NCBI RefSeq assembly: GCF_050699995.1
Contig: NZ_JBOHGC010000209.1
Location: 1,597 to 65,596 of the forward strand
Reading direction: 5' to 3'
Length of the DNA: 64,000 nucleotides
Source: Actinokineospora sp.
GTDB taxonomy: Bacteria > Actinomycetota > Actinomycetes > Mycobacteriales > Pseudonocardiaceae
Below the pieces are notes generated by a model that worked only from the letters and a program-made list of their open reading frames with translations, was not told where the DNA came from and did no database searches. Within the stretch, counting starts at the first letter, position 1. Every line of letters begins with the position of its first letter. Made by a program: the position numbers and the translations under genes. This document shows, piece by piece, positions 1-9,159 of the stretch.

Positions 1-123
1 GAAACCGACTTGGCGGCACCGGCCGAACGAATCACGTTGCGCTCCAACCAAGAGGTCCCCGCCCCACTCGCACCGACGGGCAACAAACGGTGGGTCCGCA
101 CCCCGGTCGGCGACCCGACATGA
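1..123 (+). CDS. 3-prime end of an unidentified gene entering from upstream (C-terminus ...AERITLRSNQEVPAPLAPTGNKRWVRTPVGDPT)
   Basis: Frame 1 is open from the window edge to TGA at 121-123. This stop overlaps the ATG at 120 (ATGA coupling to the PAAR gene). Forty residues are too few to name a family. Confidence 0.35.
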   Translation, partial: ETDLAAPAERITLRSNQEVPAPLAPTGNKRWVRTPVGDPT

Positions 124-515
124 GCTTCGCGGCCAAAATGGGCGACAAGGTCACGGCGACCGACAATCACATAGTGATGGTCCCGTCCCCTGGCGGCCCG
201 GTGCCCACCGTCACCCCACTTCCGTTCGTCGGCAATATCACCGGCGGCTGCAGCCCGGACGTGATGGTCGGCGGGCTGGCGGCGGCGGTGACCGGAAGTA
301 CGGTCACCAACTCACCCCCGCACGTAGTCCCGCCGCCGTCCACCTTTCAGGTGCCGCCGACGAACCAGGGGACCGTCCTCAAAGGAAGCTCCAGCGTCCT
401 GATCAACAACAAACCAGCCGCCCGTCATGGCGACAAGGTGAACACCTGCAACGACCCGGTTCCGCTACCCAAGGGCACCATCATCGCCACGGGCACGGTG
501 ATGATCGGCGGCTGA
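120..515 (+). CDS. PAAR domain protein (spike-tip protein of contractile injection machines)
   Basis: Literal PAAR motif (INNKPAARHGDKV). Gly/Pro/Val-rich beta repeats and the terminal GTVMIGG are typical of PAAR_motif proteins. An alternative start is ATG 138 (MGDKV). Confidence 0.8.
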   Translation: MSFAAKMGDKVTATDNHIVMVPSPGGPVPTVTPLPFVGNITGGCSPDVMVGGLAAAVTGSTVTNSPPHVVPPPSTFQVPPTNQGTVLKGSSSVLINNKPAARHGDKVNTCNDPVPLPKGTIIATGTVMIGG

Positions 516-547
516 CGACGGCACACGCTTTGGCTTTGATGTCAGCG

Positions 548-1102
548 TCAGCGGCTTACCAGTGGGCCGGGGGCGAAGGGCACTGCCACCAGCACCATGA
601 CGCCCACCGCCGAGAGTTCGTGGTCGTGTCGGGCGAACCAGGTTCGGGCGTCTGGTGAGCCGTCCCAAGGTTGGGTGTCTTCGTGGTGGGGTAAGGCCGA
701 GACCTCCAGGGCATACCCCACTTCGCCCGACACGCGTGCGTCTCCGCGGATGTAGCCCACCGCACACTTTCCCGTGAACGCCACCCGGTTAGGTGGGCGG
801 AAAGTGCGGCCCGCCTGGGTGAAGACGTGTCCCGCGCCCGAGGTGACCCGGGCCGTCGTGGAGCCGATACCGCCGACCATCACCCCGGTGGCCACATCCC
901 GTAGGACCGCGAGGCTTCTGGTTCGCACCTCGGCAACCGAGGTTTCGGGGGGCGTGGTGGTCATCACGTCCAAGTCGCCCCGCAGGGTCAGTGAGACGGC
1001 TACGGCGACGTGTCCGATGTCGACGGATGCGGCTGCTATGGGGGTGTCGGGCAGGGTGTAGCGAAACGCCTGGGCCTGGGAGAATTCCGATGTACCCACC
1101 AT
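548..1102 (-). CDS. hypothetical beta-rich protein with C-terminal hydrophobic anchor
   Basis: 184-aa ORF convergent on the PAAR gene. Third-position GC is high in this frame. The C-terminal segment AVGVMVLVAVPFAPGPLV looks like a TM anchor. No family recognised. Confidence 0.4.
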   Translation of the reverse strand: MVGTSEFSQAQAFRYTLPDTPIAAASVDIGHVAVAVSLTLRGDLDVMTTTPPETSVAEVRTRSLAVLRDVATGVMVGGIGSTTARVTSGAGHVFTQAGRTFRPPNRVAFTGKCAVGYIRGDARVSGEVGYALEVSALPHHEDTQPWDGSPDARTWFARHDHELSAVGVMVLVAVPFAPGPLVSR

Positions 1103-1257
1103 GTCGCCGCCTCGCCGCGTGTGGTCCGGAACCGACCGTAGGCCCGGTCCGCCCGGGGCTACGAGGGCCGAAGGGGCAGCGGTTCGGGCGGCAACCCATC
1201 ACATGCCCGAAACATCCAAGCCCCCGACTGGCAATCTTCGCCCTGCATCCTCGAAGC

Positions 1258-2355
1258 ATGGACACGACCACCGCGACCCAGCCCACGACCTGGCGGCTGC
1301 GTATCCGCCTGGACGATCGTCCAGGCACGCTCGCCCGGGTCACCACCCGCCTTGCCGCGCGGGACTGCAACGTTCTCGGGCTCTCGGTGCTCCCGGTGCC
1401 CGGCGGTGTCATCGACGAGATCGTCGTGAGCACCCCGGCCGGTACCGAGCCCGCGTCCCTGATCGACGACATCCGGGCCGAAGGCGGCCGGTGCGTCGGC
1501 ATCACGCGCGCGCAGGTGCGGCAGATGGTCGACCGGACCACGGCCGCCCTCCGCGCCGCCGGTGCCGCACTGCGTGACCAGGCCGCGACCGCCGAGGCGG
1601 TGCGCACGATGCTCGGCGCCGACTCGGTGCGCGTCGCCGAGGACGGTGACGTCGAGCCCGACGCGAGCGGGCATCTCGCGGTCCTGCGGCTGGGCAAGGA
1701 CACCACCCTGGTCGCCCGCCGCGGGTGGGCGCCGTTCACCGAGGTGGAGCTGGCCAGGGTCGCCGCGTTCGGTGAGGTGCTGACCGCCGGGGTGACCGCC
1801 GCGGGCGCACCGAGCGCGGTCATCGCGAACAACGGCGCGGGCATCGTCCTGCGCCCCGGCACACCCGCCGACGGTGACGCGGTCGCCGACCTGCACGCCC
1901 GCTGCTCCGCGCAGACCCTGTTCGCCCGGTACCACTCCGGGCTGCGCACCCTCCCCCGCCGCTGGCTGCACCGCCTGCTGCAGCCGCCGCGCGGCAAGAC
2001 GCTGCTGGCGCTGTGTGGCACCGAAGTCATCGGGATGGCCCAGCTCATCCGCACCAACGACCCGGCCGAGGCGGAGATCTCGCTGCTGGTCGAGGACAGC
2101 TGGCAGCGCCAGGGCGTGGGCACCGCGATGATCGACCGGCTCGGCGGCATCGCCCGCGCCGAAGGCCACCGGCGGATGATCGCCTGGTGCCTGCCGCAGG
2201 AGATCGGCTTCGAGCGGGCCGCCCGCGCGTCCGCCCACCCGGTGACTGTGCGCTACGAGGACAGCATGCTCCGCGTGGCCATCACGGTGGACGCGTCCCG
2301 CCGGCCGGATGACGTGACCGCCACCACTGCGACGGAAGGTGCTACCCGGAAGTAA
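1258..2355 (+). CDS. ACT domain - GNAT N-acetyltransferase fusion protein
   Basis: ATG at 1258 (MDTTTATQ). The N-terminus RLRIRLDDRPGTLARVTTRLAARDCNVLGLSV is ACT-like. The C-terminus has the GNAT acetyl-CoA motif (VEDSWQRQGVGTAMIDRL). The upstream part of track ORF 991 is Arg-rich junk. Confidence 0.75.
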   Translation: MDTTTATQPTTWRLRIRLDDRPGTLARVTTRLAARDCNVLGLSVLPVPGGVIDEIVVSTPAGTEPASLIDDIRAEGGRCVGITRAQVRQMVDRTTAALRAAGAALRDQAATAEAVRTMLGADSVRVAEDGDVEPDASGHLAVLRLGKDTTLVARRGWAPFTEVELARVAAFGEVLTAGVTAAGAPSAVIANNGAGIVLRPGTPADGDAVADLHARCSAQTLFARYHSGLRTLPRRWLHRLLQPPRGKTLLALCGTEVIGMAQLIRTNDPAEAEISLLVEDSWQRQGVGTAMIDRLGGIARAEGHRRMIAWCLPQEIGFERAARASAHPVTVRYEDSMLRVAITVDASRRPDDVTATTATEGATRK

Positions 2356-2388
2356 CATGGACGCTCAGTGTCGAGCGAAGGAGCGCCC

Positions 2389-3972
2389 ATGAGCACGGCC
2401 ACGACGTCAGCGACCATCGGTGGAGTAACCGGCGCGCCCACGGTGGTCCGTGCGACCGAACTGGTCGACCGCGCCGTCACCGGCACGGAGCCGACCACGG
2501 TGCAGATGGCCGCGCCGTTCACCGGCGAGCCCGTCATCACGCTCCCCCAGATCGACGACGCCGACGTGCGCCGCGCGTTCGCCCGGGCCCGGGTGGCCCA
2601 GGCGAGTTGGGCGGCCACGTCGGTGGCCGACCGGTCGCGGGTCTTCCTGCGCCTGCACGATCTGCTGCTCGAACGGCAGAACGAGGTCCTCGACATCATG
2701 CAGGTCGAGACCGGCAAGTCCCGGCTCGACGCCTACGACGAGGTCGCGGTCACCGCGATGACGGCGTCCTACTACGGCCGCAAGGCCGCCAAGTTCCTCG
2801 CCCCGCGGCGGCGCGCGGGCGCGCTGCCGGTGTTCACCCGGACCACGCAGGTGCGCCACCCCAAGGGTGTCGTGTCGATGATCTCCCCGTGGAACTACCC
2901 GCTCGCCCTCACCGGCATGGACGCCATCCCGGCGCTGATCGCGGGCAACACCCTCGTGCAGAAGCCCGACAACCAGACCGCGCTGTCCGCGCTGTGGCTG
3001 CAGGAACTCGCCGAGGAGGCCGGGCTGCCCAAGGACGTCTGGCAGATCGTGCTCGGCCGCGGCTCCAGGATCGGCACCGCGCTGATCGAAGAAGCCGACT
3101 ACCTCGGCTTCACCGGCTCCACCGAGACCGGCAAGGGCCTCGCGGCCAAGGCGGCGGCCCTGCTGACCAGCTACTCGATGGAGCTCGGCGGCAAGAACCC
3201 GATGATCGTGCTGCCCGACGCCGACGTCGACAAGACCGCCGCGGGCGCGGTCACCGCGTGCTTCTCCTCCGCGGGCCAGCTGTGCGTGTCGGTGGAGCGG
3301 ATCTACGTCCACGAAAGCATCCGCGACACCTTCACCCGCGCATTCGTGGCCAAGACCAAGGCCGTCAAGATCGGCGCCGACCTGTCCTACGGCCCCGACC
3401 TGGGCTCGCTGACCTCCGCCGAGCAGCTCAAGACGATCGAGCACCACGTCGAGGACGCCCGCGGCAAGGGCGCCACCGTGCTGGCGGGCGGCAAGCCGCG
3501 ACCGGACCTCGGCCCGCTGTTCTACGAGCCGACGATCCTGACCGACGTCCGCGAGGGCATGCTCCTGTTCGCCGAGGAGACCTTCGGCCCGGTCGTGTCG
3601 ATCTACGGCTACAGCGACGAGCAGGAAGCCGTCGACCAGGCCAACGCCACCCGCTACGGCCTCAACGCCAGCGTGTGGACCCGCAGCAGGCGCTCCGGTG
3701 AGCGGGTGGCCAAGCGCATCCACGCGGGCACGGTCAACGTGAACGACGGCTTCGGCGCCGCCTTCGGCAGCCTCGACGCGCCGATGGGCGGCATGGGCGA
3801 GTCGGGGGTGGGGCGGCGCAACGGCGAGGAAGGCCTCACCAAATACACTGAGGCCCAAACCATTGCCGCTCAGCGGGTCGTGCCGCTGCGCGGGTGGAAG
3901 GGAATCCCGTCGACGGCGTGGACCAAGGCACTGACGATCGGCCTCAAGGCTCTCAAGCGCCTCCCACGCTGA
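2389..3972 (+). CDS. NAD(P)-dependent aldehyde dehydrogenase, succinate-semialdehyde dehydrogenase (GabD2)-like
   Basis: Aldehyde dehydrogenase signatures are present: SPWNYP, FTGSTETG, MELGGKNP, and the catalytic Cys context FSSAGQLCVSVER. GAAGGAG lies 6 nt before ATG 2389. Confidence 0.85.
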   Translation: MSTATTSATIGGVTGAPTVVRATELVDRAVTGTEPTTVQMAAPFTGEPVITLPQIDDADVRRAFARARVAQASWAATSVADRSRVFLRLHDLLLERQNEVLDIMQVETGKSRLDAYDEVAVTAMTASYYGRKAAKFLAPRRRAGALPVFTRTTQVRHPKGVVSMISPWNYPLALTGMDAIPALIAGNTLVQKPDNQTALSALWLQELAEEAGLPKDVWQIVLGRGSRIGTALIEEADYLGFTGSTETGKGLAAKAAALLTSYSMELGGKNPMIVLPDADVDKTAAGAVTACFSSAGQLCVSVERIYVHESIRDTFTRAFVAKTKAVKIGADLSYGPDLGSLTSAEQLKTIEHHVEDARGKGATVLAGGKPRPDLGPLFYEPTILTDVREGMLLFAEETFGPVVSIYGYSDEQEAVDQANATRYGLNASVWTRSRRSGERVAKRIHAGTVNVNDGFGAAFGSLDAPMGGMGESGVGRRNGEEGLTKYTEAQTIAAQRVVPLRGWKGIPSTAWTKALTIGLKALKRLPR

Positions 3973-4137
3973 TCGGCGTGCAAGGGGGAATTGAGCCGGT
4001 CCAAGCTCGCGGTGTTGTTTCGACGAGGTCTTCGGCTCGGCCGGTTCCTGCTTCATGTCGGTCCCCGGCTCCTGAGGCCAAGGGGCCGGAGACCGGACAC
4101 CTCGTCGTGTTCACCATGACGGTGGTTCTGAGCAGGC

Positions 4138-7134
4138 TCAGGGCGTGGCGTTCGACGACTGCTCGGTGAGCAGGCCGCGCTCGTAGGCGACCGCGACGGC
4201 TTCTGCCCGCCTGCTCGCGCCCAGCTTCGCCATGATCCGGCTCAAGTGGACACTCACCGTCTTCTCGCTGATGAACAGCTCGTCGCCGACCTGGCGGTTC
4301 GTCCGACCCAGCGCCACCAGCCCGAGGACCGCCCGCTCGCGCGGGGTGAACAGGTCGACCTCGTCGCGGGTCTCCACGTTCTCGTCGAGTGAGACCCGTC
4401 CCCGGCGGGCCGCCTTGCGGACGGCCTCACGCAGCGGTCGGGCACCAAGGTCGGCCGCCACCGTGTCGGCCCGGCGGAGTTCGACCGCGGCCTCGTCGCG
4501 GCGGTCGGCGGCGAGCAGGGCCTCGGCCAACCTCCTGCGGCACACCGCCTGCTCGTACACCGCGCCGTAGTCGAAGCCGTCGACCGCGGCCCACCACAGG
4601 TCCGGGTCTCCCGGACCGCCGACACGGCTCAGTTCCGCTTCGGCGCGGGCCAGCCAGGCGCGGCCCTCAGGACCGAGGGTGCCGGTGAGGGGACGGCCGT
4701 CGCGGGCGGTGTCGCGGGCGAGTTGGGCCAGCCGCCGGGCTTCGACGGTCGAGAGCTGAGCCGCCTCCACATCCCGGCGGGTCGTGGCCGCGGCGACGAG
4801 GTCGGCGTGGGCGGCGATACCGAGCGCGGACATCCTGATCGCGGCGAGCAGCGTCGGCCCACCCGCCTGCGCGACCCATTCCAGGGTGTCGCGGACCCAT
4901 TCGACGGCGCGGTCGGGCCTGCCGCGCCAGGTCGCCAGTTCGGCGCCGACACCGCCTGTCACCAGCGGGATCTGGATGTCCCGATGCCAGTCCGACCGCA
5001 GTTCGTTGACCAGCCGCTCGGCTTCGGCGAAGCGGCCACGACCCGCGGCGACGTGCGCCCCGACGGCGGCCAGTCGCGCCGAGACCGTGCTCGACACCCG
5101 GTGGCCGGGTGGTTCCGCCGCCGCCTCGCTGCCGTCCCAGTCCCCCGCCGCGTACCGCATCACGACCTGCACGACCCGCAGCTCCAAGCCGAAGGCGCTC
5201 CAGGTGAGGCCGGTCTCGCGGGCGCGGTCGACACCGCCGTCCACGGCGGTGATCGCGTCGGCCAGCAGGCCGTGCTCGTAGAAGTTGATCGCCAGGAAGA
5301 ACCGGGCGCGCAGCTCCACGGTGATCGCCTCGACTGCCGCCGCCCGCCGCATGGCCTCCACGAGCATGTCGCGGGACTCCTCGGCGAGCCCTCGGGACTC
5401 GGCCAGGATGGCAAGGGTGATCAGGCCCTCGGCCGCGGGGCCGCCCGCGTCGACCGCCTCCGCCACCTCGATGGCCTGGCGCGCGTACCGCTCGGCCTCG
5501 TCGCGGCGGCGCAGAGCGCGCAGGATCGTCGCGTACGCCGCGAGGACCCAGGCCTGGTCGGGGCTGGGCGGCCGCTCGGCGACCAGCGCCCAGGCCTTCT
5601 CGATGTTCTCCAGCGCCTCCTGCTCGCGCCCGTCGAGCACGTAGAGGGCCTGCGCCAGCCTGCGGCGCAGAGTCGCCTGGTGCTCCGGCTCCTCACCGCG
5701 GTCGGCGGCCTTGACGGCGGACCGGGCGAACGCGATGGCCCGTTCCGGGTCCCCGGACGTGCCCGCCACCCAGGACGCCCGCCGCAGCAGGGTCAGTTCG
5801 CTGACGTCGGGCCGGTCGGCGGCCGGGACCGCCTCCCACAGCTTCAGCGCCCGCTCCAGGTGGTCGAGCGCCTCGGCGGGCGCGCCCTGCCCCTCGGCTT
5901 CCTCCGCGGCCTGCACGGACGCGGTCAGCGCGGCCCCGAGCGCGTGGCTCTCCATGCTGTGGTGGGCCAACGCCGCCGCCGTGCCGCAGGTCGCGCACTC
6001 CTTGGACAGCTCCCGCGCGTACGCGGCGTGCAAGCGGACGCGCTCGCCGGGCAGGAGGTCGCCGTAGACGGTCTCCCGCATCAAGGCATGCCGGAAGGCG
6101 TAGACATCGCCATCCCCAGGCACGAGAACGTGGTGCTGCACCGCTTCGCGCAGCGCTTCCTCAAGTTCGGCGTCCCCAAGGTCGCTGACCGCGCGCAGCC
6201 GCGCGTCCGGCACCCGTCGACCGCCGACCGACGCGGCCCGCACCGCGCTCTGGGCGGCGGGGCTGAGGCGTTCGACCCGCGACATGAGGACGTCGACCAG
6301 CGTGGTCGGGATGCCGCCGCCACCTTCGGCGGTCGCGGCGAGCAGTTCCTCGGCGAAGAAGGCGTTGCCCTCGGACCGGCCCGCGACCTCGCGCAGCACC
6401 GGCTCGCTGAGCCGCTCCTCGGCGAGCGCGGCGACGAACAGGCGGGAGTCGGCGTTGTCGAACGGGGTGAGCTGGATGCGCTCGACCTGCGGGAGCCGGA
6501 CAAGTTCGGCGAGCAGGGGGCGCAGCGGGTGCCTGCGGTGCAGGTCGTCACTTCGGTAGGTGCCCAGGATGAAGAGTTTCTGGCCGCGCAGGCGGGACAG
6601 GAGAAAGGACAGCAGGCTGCGGGTGGAGGCGTCGGCCCAGTGCAGGTCCTCGAGGATCACCACGACCGGCCGCTCGGCTGCCAGGTCGTTCAGCACGCCG
6701 TGCACCGCGTCGAACAGCTGCAACTGGCCGATGTCCTGCTCCGAGCGGGAACCCGCTGAGGGCATCCCCATGCCGGAGGTGAACGGGCCGGGATCCGGCG
6801 TGGGGGCGGCGGTTCCAGGGAACAGCCGGGCCAACGCGGTCCAGTCACGCACCCGGTCGCGCACCGGCGAGAGCGCCTCGGCGATCGGGAGGTACGGCAG
6901 ACCCGCCTCGCCGATGTCGAGACAGCGGCCGGTCAGCACCAGCGCGCCCTGCTCGACGGCGAAGGCGGTCACTTCCTCGGTCATTCTCGTCTTGCCGACT
7001 CCGGCGTCGCCCGCGAGCAGGACGGCTCCGGCCCGGCCGGACGCGGCCGCGTCGAAGGCGGCGCGCAGACCGCGGAGTTCGCGGCCGCGCGCCACCAGCG
7101 GAATTCCAGAACCCAGACGCGGCATGGCTGGCAT
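4138..7134 (-). CDS. LAL-type (large ATP-binding, LuxR family) transcriptional regulator
   Basis: N-terminal Walker A (GDAGVGKTR), a long helical/TPR-like middle, and a C-terminal LuxR HTH (RTNRQVGDELFISEKTVSVHLSRIMAKLG). Confidence 0.85.
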   Translation of the reverse strand: MPAMPRLGSGIPLVARGRELRGLRAAFDAAASGRAGAVLLAGDAGVGKTRMTEEVTAFAVEQGALVLTGRCLDIGEAGLPYLPIAEALSPVRDRVRDWTALARLFPGTAAPTPDPGPFTSGMGMPSAGSRSEQDIGQLQLFDAVHGVLNDLAAERPVVVILEDLHWADASTRSLLSFLLSRLRGQKLFILGTYRSDDLHRRHPLRPLLAELVRLPQVERIQLTPFDNADSRLFVAALAEERLSEPVLREVAGRSEGNAFFAEELLAATAEGGGGIPTTLVDVLMSRVERLSPAAQSAVRAASVGGRRVPDARLRAVSDLGDAELEEALREAVQHHVLVPGDGDVYAFRHALMRETVYGDLLPGERVRLHAAYARELSKECATCGTAAALAHHSMESHALGAALTASVQAAEEAEGQGAPAEALDHLERALKLWEAVPAADRPDVSELTLLRRASWVAGTSGDPERAIAFARSAVKAADRGEEPEHQATLRRRLAQALYVLDGREQEALENIEKAWALVAERPPSPDQAWVLAAYATILRALRRRDEAERYARQAIEVAEAVDAGGPAAEGLITLAILAESRGLAEESRDMLVEAMRRAAAVEAITVELRARFFLAINFYEHGLLADAITAVDGGVDRARETGLTWSAFGLELRVVQVVMRYAAGDWDGSEAAAEPPGHRVSSTVSARLAAVGAHVAAGRGRFAEAERLVNELRSDWHRDIQIPLVTGGVGAELATWRGRPDRAVEWVRDTLEWVAQAGGPTLLAAIRMSALGIAAHADLVAAATTRRDVEAAQLSTVEARRLAQLARDTARDGRPLTGTLGPEGRAWLARAEAELSRVGGPGDPDLWWAAVDGFDYGAVYEQAVCRRRLAEALLAADRRDEAAVELRRADTVAADLGARPLREAVRKAARRGRVSLDENVETRDEVDLFTPRERAVLGLVALGRTNRQVGDELFISEKTVSVHLSRIMAKLGASRRAEAVAVAYERGLLTEQSSNATP

Positions 7135-7159
7135 GGTCGCACAACCCCGGCGCGCTGGA

Positions 7160-7327
7160 TCAGGTGGCCGAACGCTCGCTTGTTCGAGGGGCGCTTCGGT
7201 GCAGGATCCGGTTCAGCCAGGACGGCCCAGTGCGCTTGACCTCGTGCAGGTGCAGCCTGCTGGTGAGGTCCCGCGTGCCGTTGCGCCGGTAGCTGATCTC
7301 TGCGTTGATGGCCTCGGTGGTCCACAT
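7160..7327 (-). CDS. small ORF (55 aa, MWTTEAINAEISYRRNG...) directly upstream of the LAL regulator
   Basis: GAGGAG lies 7 nt upstream of ATG 7327. Its stop is 25 nt before the LAL start. No family recognised. Confidence 0.25.
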   Translation of the reverse strand: MWTTEAINAEISYRRNGTRDLTSRLHLHEVKRTGPSWLNRILHRSAPRTSERSAT

Positions 7328-7421
7328 CTGCTGTCTCCTCATCGCTTCGAACTCCAGTGATGAGAACAGTGCCGCTGAGGCGGGTGGCCCGGCATGGGGT
7401 GATCACGCAGTCCTGAGCCGC

Positions 7422-7473
7422 GGACCCCTTACCCGCCGCCGGTCAGGGGCGCACGGCGGCAGGTAAGGGGTCC
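7422..7473. terminator. long GC-rich hairpin downstream of the DUF397 gene
   Basis: GGACCCCTTACCCGCCGCCG / CGGCGGCAGGTAAGGGGTCC forms about 19 bp of stem with one bulge and a 12-nt loop. It begins 9 nt past the DUF397 stop. No clear U-tract. Confidence 0.5.
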
Positions 7474-7481
7474 GTCATGAC

Positions 7482-7688
7482 TCAGCGAACGTCGAACTCG
7501 TCGCCCTTCAGGGCTCCGACGAACACCCGCCAGTCGAGGTCGGCGAACGCCAGCTGTCCGTGCTCCGCGTTCTTGGAGTCACGAACCGCTGTCGCGCTGG
7601 TGCCGACGGCGAGCTCGACACAGTCGTTGCCCGCGCCGCTGCGGCTGCTTTTGCGCCATTCCGCGCGGGCAGGCCCAGAAACGGTCAC
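7482..7688 (-). CDS. DUF397 domain protein (BldB-like small partner), copy 1
   Basis: Signature WRKSSRSGAGNDCVELA...AVRDSK. Overlaps the upstream XRE gene by 4 nt. Confidence 0.85.
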   Translation of the reverse strand: MTVSGPARAEWRKSSRSGAGNDCVELAVGTSATAVRDSKNAEHGQLAFADLDWRVFVGALKGDEFDVR

Positions 7689-8566
7689 GCCCCGCTCCTT
7701 TCGTTCTTTCCGGATTCGCGACCCAGCCGATCGGCTGTCCGCCGGACCAGGTCGACGGTGTCATCGGGCTTCAACGCCGCCGCGCGCAAATGGTCGAACA
7801 TCAACGTATACCGGCGGACGTCCGACGGCTGTTCCAAGTAGACACCCGAAGTGGTGTTCTCGACATAGACGACATCAGGATCGGCCTGTTCGGGGAATCC
7901 CAGGATCAGAAACGGGGTCTCCATTCCGGCATGCGCGCCGGTGGCGAACGGGACGACCTGCAGGGTCACGTGCGGCATCGCGGCGGCGTCGACGAGCCGG
8001 TGGAGCTGGGCGCGCATGACCTCGGGTCCGCCGACGACGCGGTGCAGCACGGCTTCGTCGATGACCGCCCAGTACTCGGGCGGGTGCGGCCCGGTGAGCA
8101 GCCGCTGCCTGGCCAGCCTGCCCTTGACCCGCTTGTCGATCTCGTCGTCCTCGACGTCGGGGCGGATGGCCCGGATGACGGCGCGGGTGTAGTCCTCGGT
8201 CTGCAGCAGGCCGGGGACGAGCAGTGCCTGGTGGGTGTGCAGGAACGCGGCCTCGGACTCCAGGCCGACGAACGAGCCGGTGAAGACCTCGGTGTACGCG
8301 TGCCACCAGCCCTTCTGCCGGGCCTCTCTGGCGAGCTGGACGAGGGCTTCGCGCCGGTCCTCCTCGATGCCGTAGAGCTCGAGCATGTCGCGCACATCGC
8401 GCGGGGTGACCCCGACGTGGCCGGTCTCGATGCGGCTGATCTTCGACGCCGAGCATTCGAGCTTGTCGCCGACCTCGTCGATCGTGAGGTTCGCGGCCTC
8501 CCGGAATCTCCTCAGTTCACCCGCGAGCCGCCTGCGACGCACTGTCGGGCTGAGGTCTCGCGCCAT
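7685..8566 (-). CDS. XRE-family helix-turn-helix regulator with DUF5753-like C-terminal domain (WhiJ/Scr1-like), copy 1
   Basis: N-terminal HTH (LRRFREAANLTIDEVGDKLECSASKISRIETG). C-terminal motifs QTEDYTRAV, VIDEAVLHR and LQVVPF are typical of this family. Confidence 0.85.
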   Translation of the reverse strand: MARDLSPTVRRRRLAGELRRFREAANLTIDEVGDKLECSASKISRIETGHVGVTPRDVRDMLELYGIEEDRREALVQLAREARQKGWWHAYTEVFTGSFVGLESEAAFLHTHQALLVPGLLQTEDYTRAVIRAIRPDVEDDEIDKRVKGRLARQRLLTGPHPPEYWAVIDEAVLHRVVGGPEVMRAQLHRLVDAAAMPHVTLQVVPFATGAHAGMETPFLILGFPEQADPDVVYVENTTSGVYLEQPSDVRRYTLMFDHLRAAALKPDDTVDLVRRTADRLGRESGKNERSGA

Positions 8567-8861
8567 GTGGTTTCACCTCTTTTCAACTGCGGGCATAACG
8601 ACCCCGCCCACTGGTGGGTGCGACTGGGTCCGCGCACGGCAAGTCTCAATGCTGATCTTGTCGGACACAAGGGACTCTCCTCCGCGTTTTGCGGCCAGTC
8701 TGTGAGCGGCTCACCGGACGCGCTCGCGCCGTCACCCGATCGTGTATTGCAACTTGCAGAATGCCACCGCGACCACGCAGTCTCTCTAGGAAAGAACTGT
8801 CTTGCGGGTATCCGCGCCACCGATTGGAAGGACCCGGGTGAACGAGTCGATCTTCGGGCAC

Positions 8862-9137
8862 ATGGAATCGTCGTTACAGGACTATCTGTCCACGCTCAGC
8901 ACCCGGGCAACGGAGAGCGGTGAGCACGCCGCCGCCGAACTGGCCCGCGGCGAACTCCCCCGCATCGTCTCCGCGCTGCAGGCGCTGCTGGACGAGCACC
9001 ACCCGGACGCGCAGGGCCGCTGCCCGACCTGCCGCACCCGGCTGTTCACCAAGGCGCCCGCACCGTGCCGCGCGTACCTCACCGCGCACCTGTGCCTGCT
9101 GATGACCGAAGAGAGCGAAACCCCGCTCTACCGCTAG
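8862..9137 (+). CDS. hypothetical small protein with CPTC...C...C motif
   Basis: ATG 8862 (MESSLQDYL), or in-frame GTG 8838. Helical N-terminus followed by GRCPTCRTRLFTKAPAPCRAYLTAHLC. Divergent from XRE copy 1. Confidence 0.4.
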   Translation: MESSLQDYLSTLSTRATESGEHAAAELARGELPRIVSALQALLDEHHPDAQGRCPTCRTRLFTKAPAPCRAYLTAHLCLLMTEESETPLYR

Positions 9138-9159
9138 AACCGTACTCGTAGGTGCTGTA

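Noticed and set aside
789-2150. Long antisense or shadow ORFs in the track. Examples: 789-2150, 1159-2358, 2407-4056, 4723-6759, 14947-17460, 15842-17059, 19295-19987, 20458-21558, 21467-22789, 23860-25038, 26740-28374, 30011-30895, 40256-42133 (5-prime part), 47083-48927, 47595-49475, 50100-51053, 56875-58164.
   Set aside because: Their translations are Arg/Pro/Gly/Ala-rich low-complexity strings. They lie opposite genes with clear family signatures and strong third-position GC. This is typical of GC-driven open frames in actinomycetes.
3973-4137. Possible terminator or structured RNA between the convergent aldehyde dehydrogenase and LAL genes.
   Set aside because: Only imperfect, short complementary stretches were found (around CGGTCCCCGGCTCC...GGGGCCGGAGACCG). 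This is not convincing by eye.
8567-8861. 295-bp lower-GC intergenic region upstream of XRE copy 1, checked for operators, small RNAs or tRNA-like structure.
   Set aside because: Only weak partial palindromes were found (for example ATTGCAACTTGCAGAAT). There is no cloverleaf and no repeat shared with the XRE copy 2 leader.
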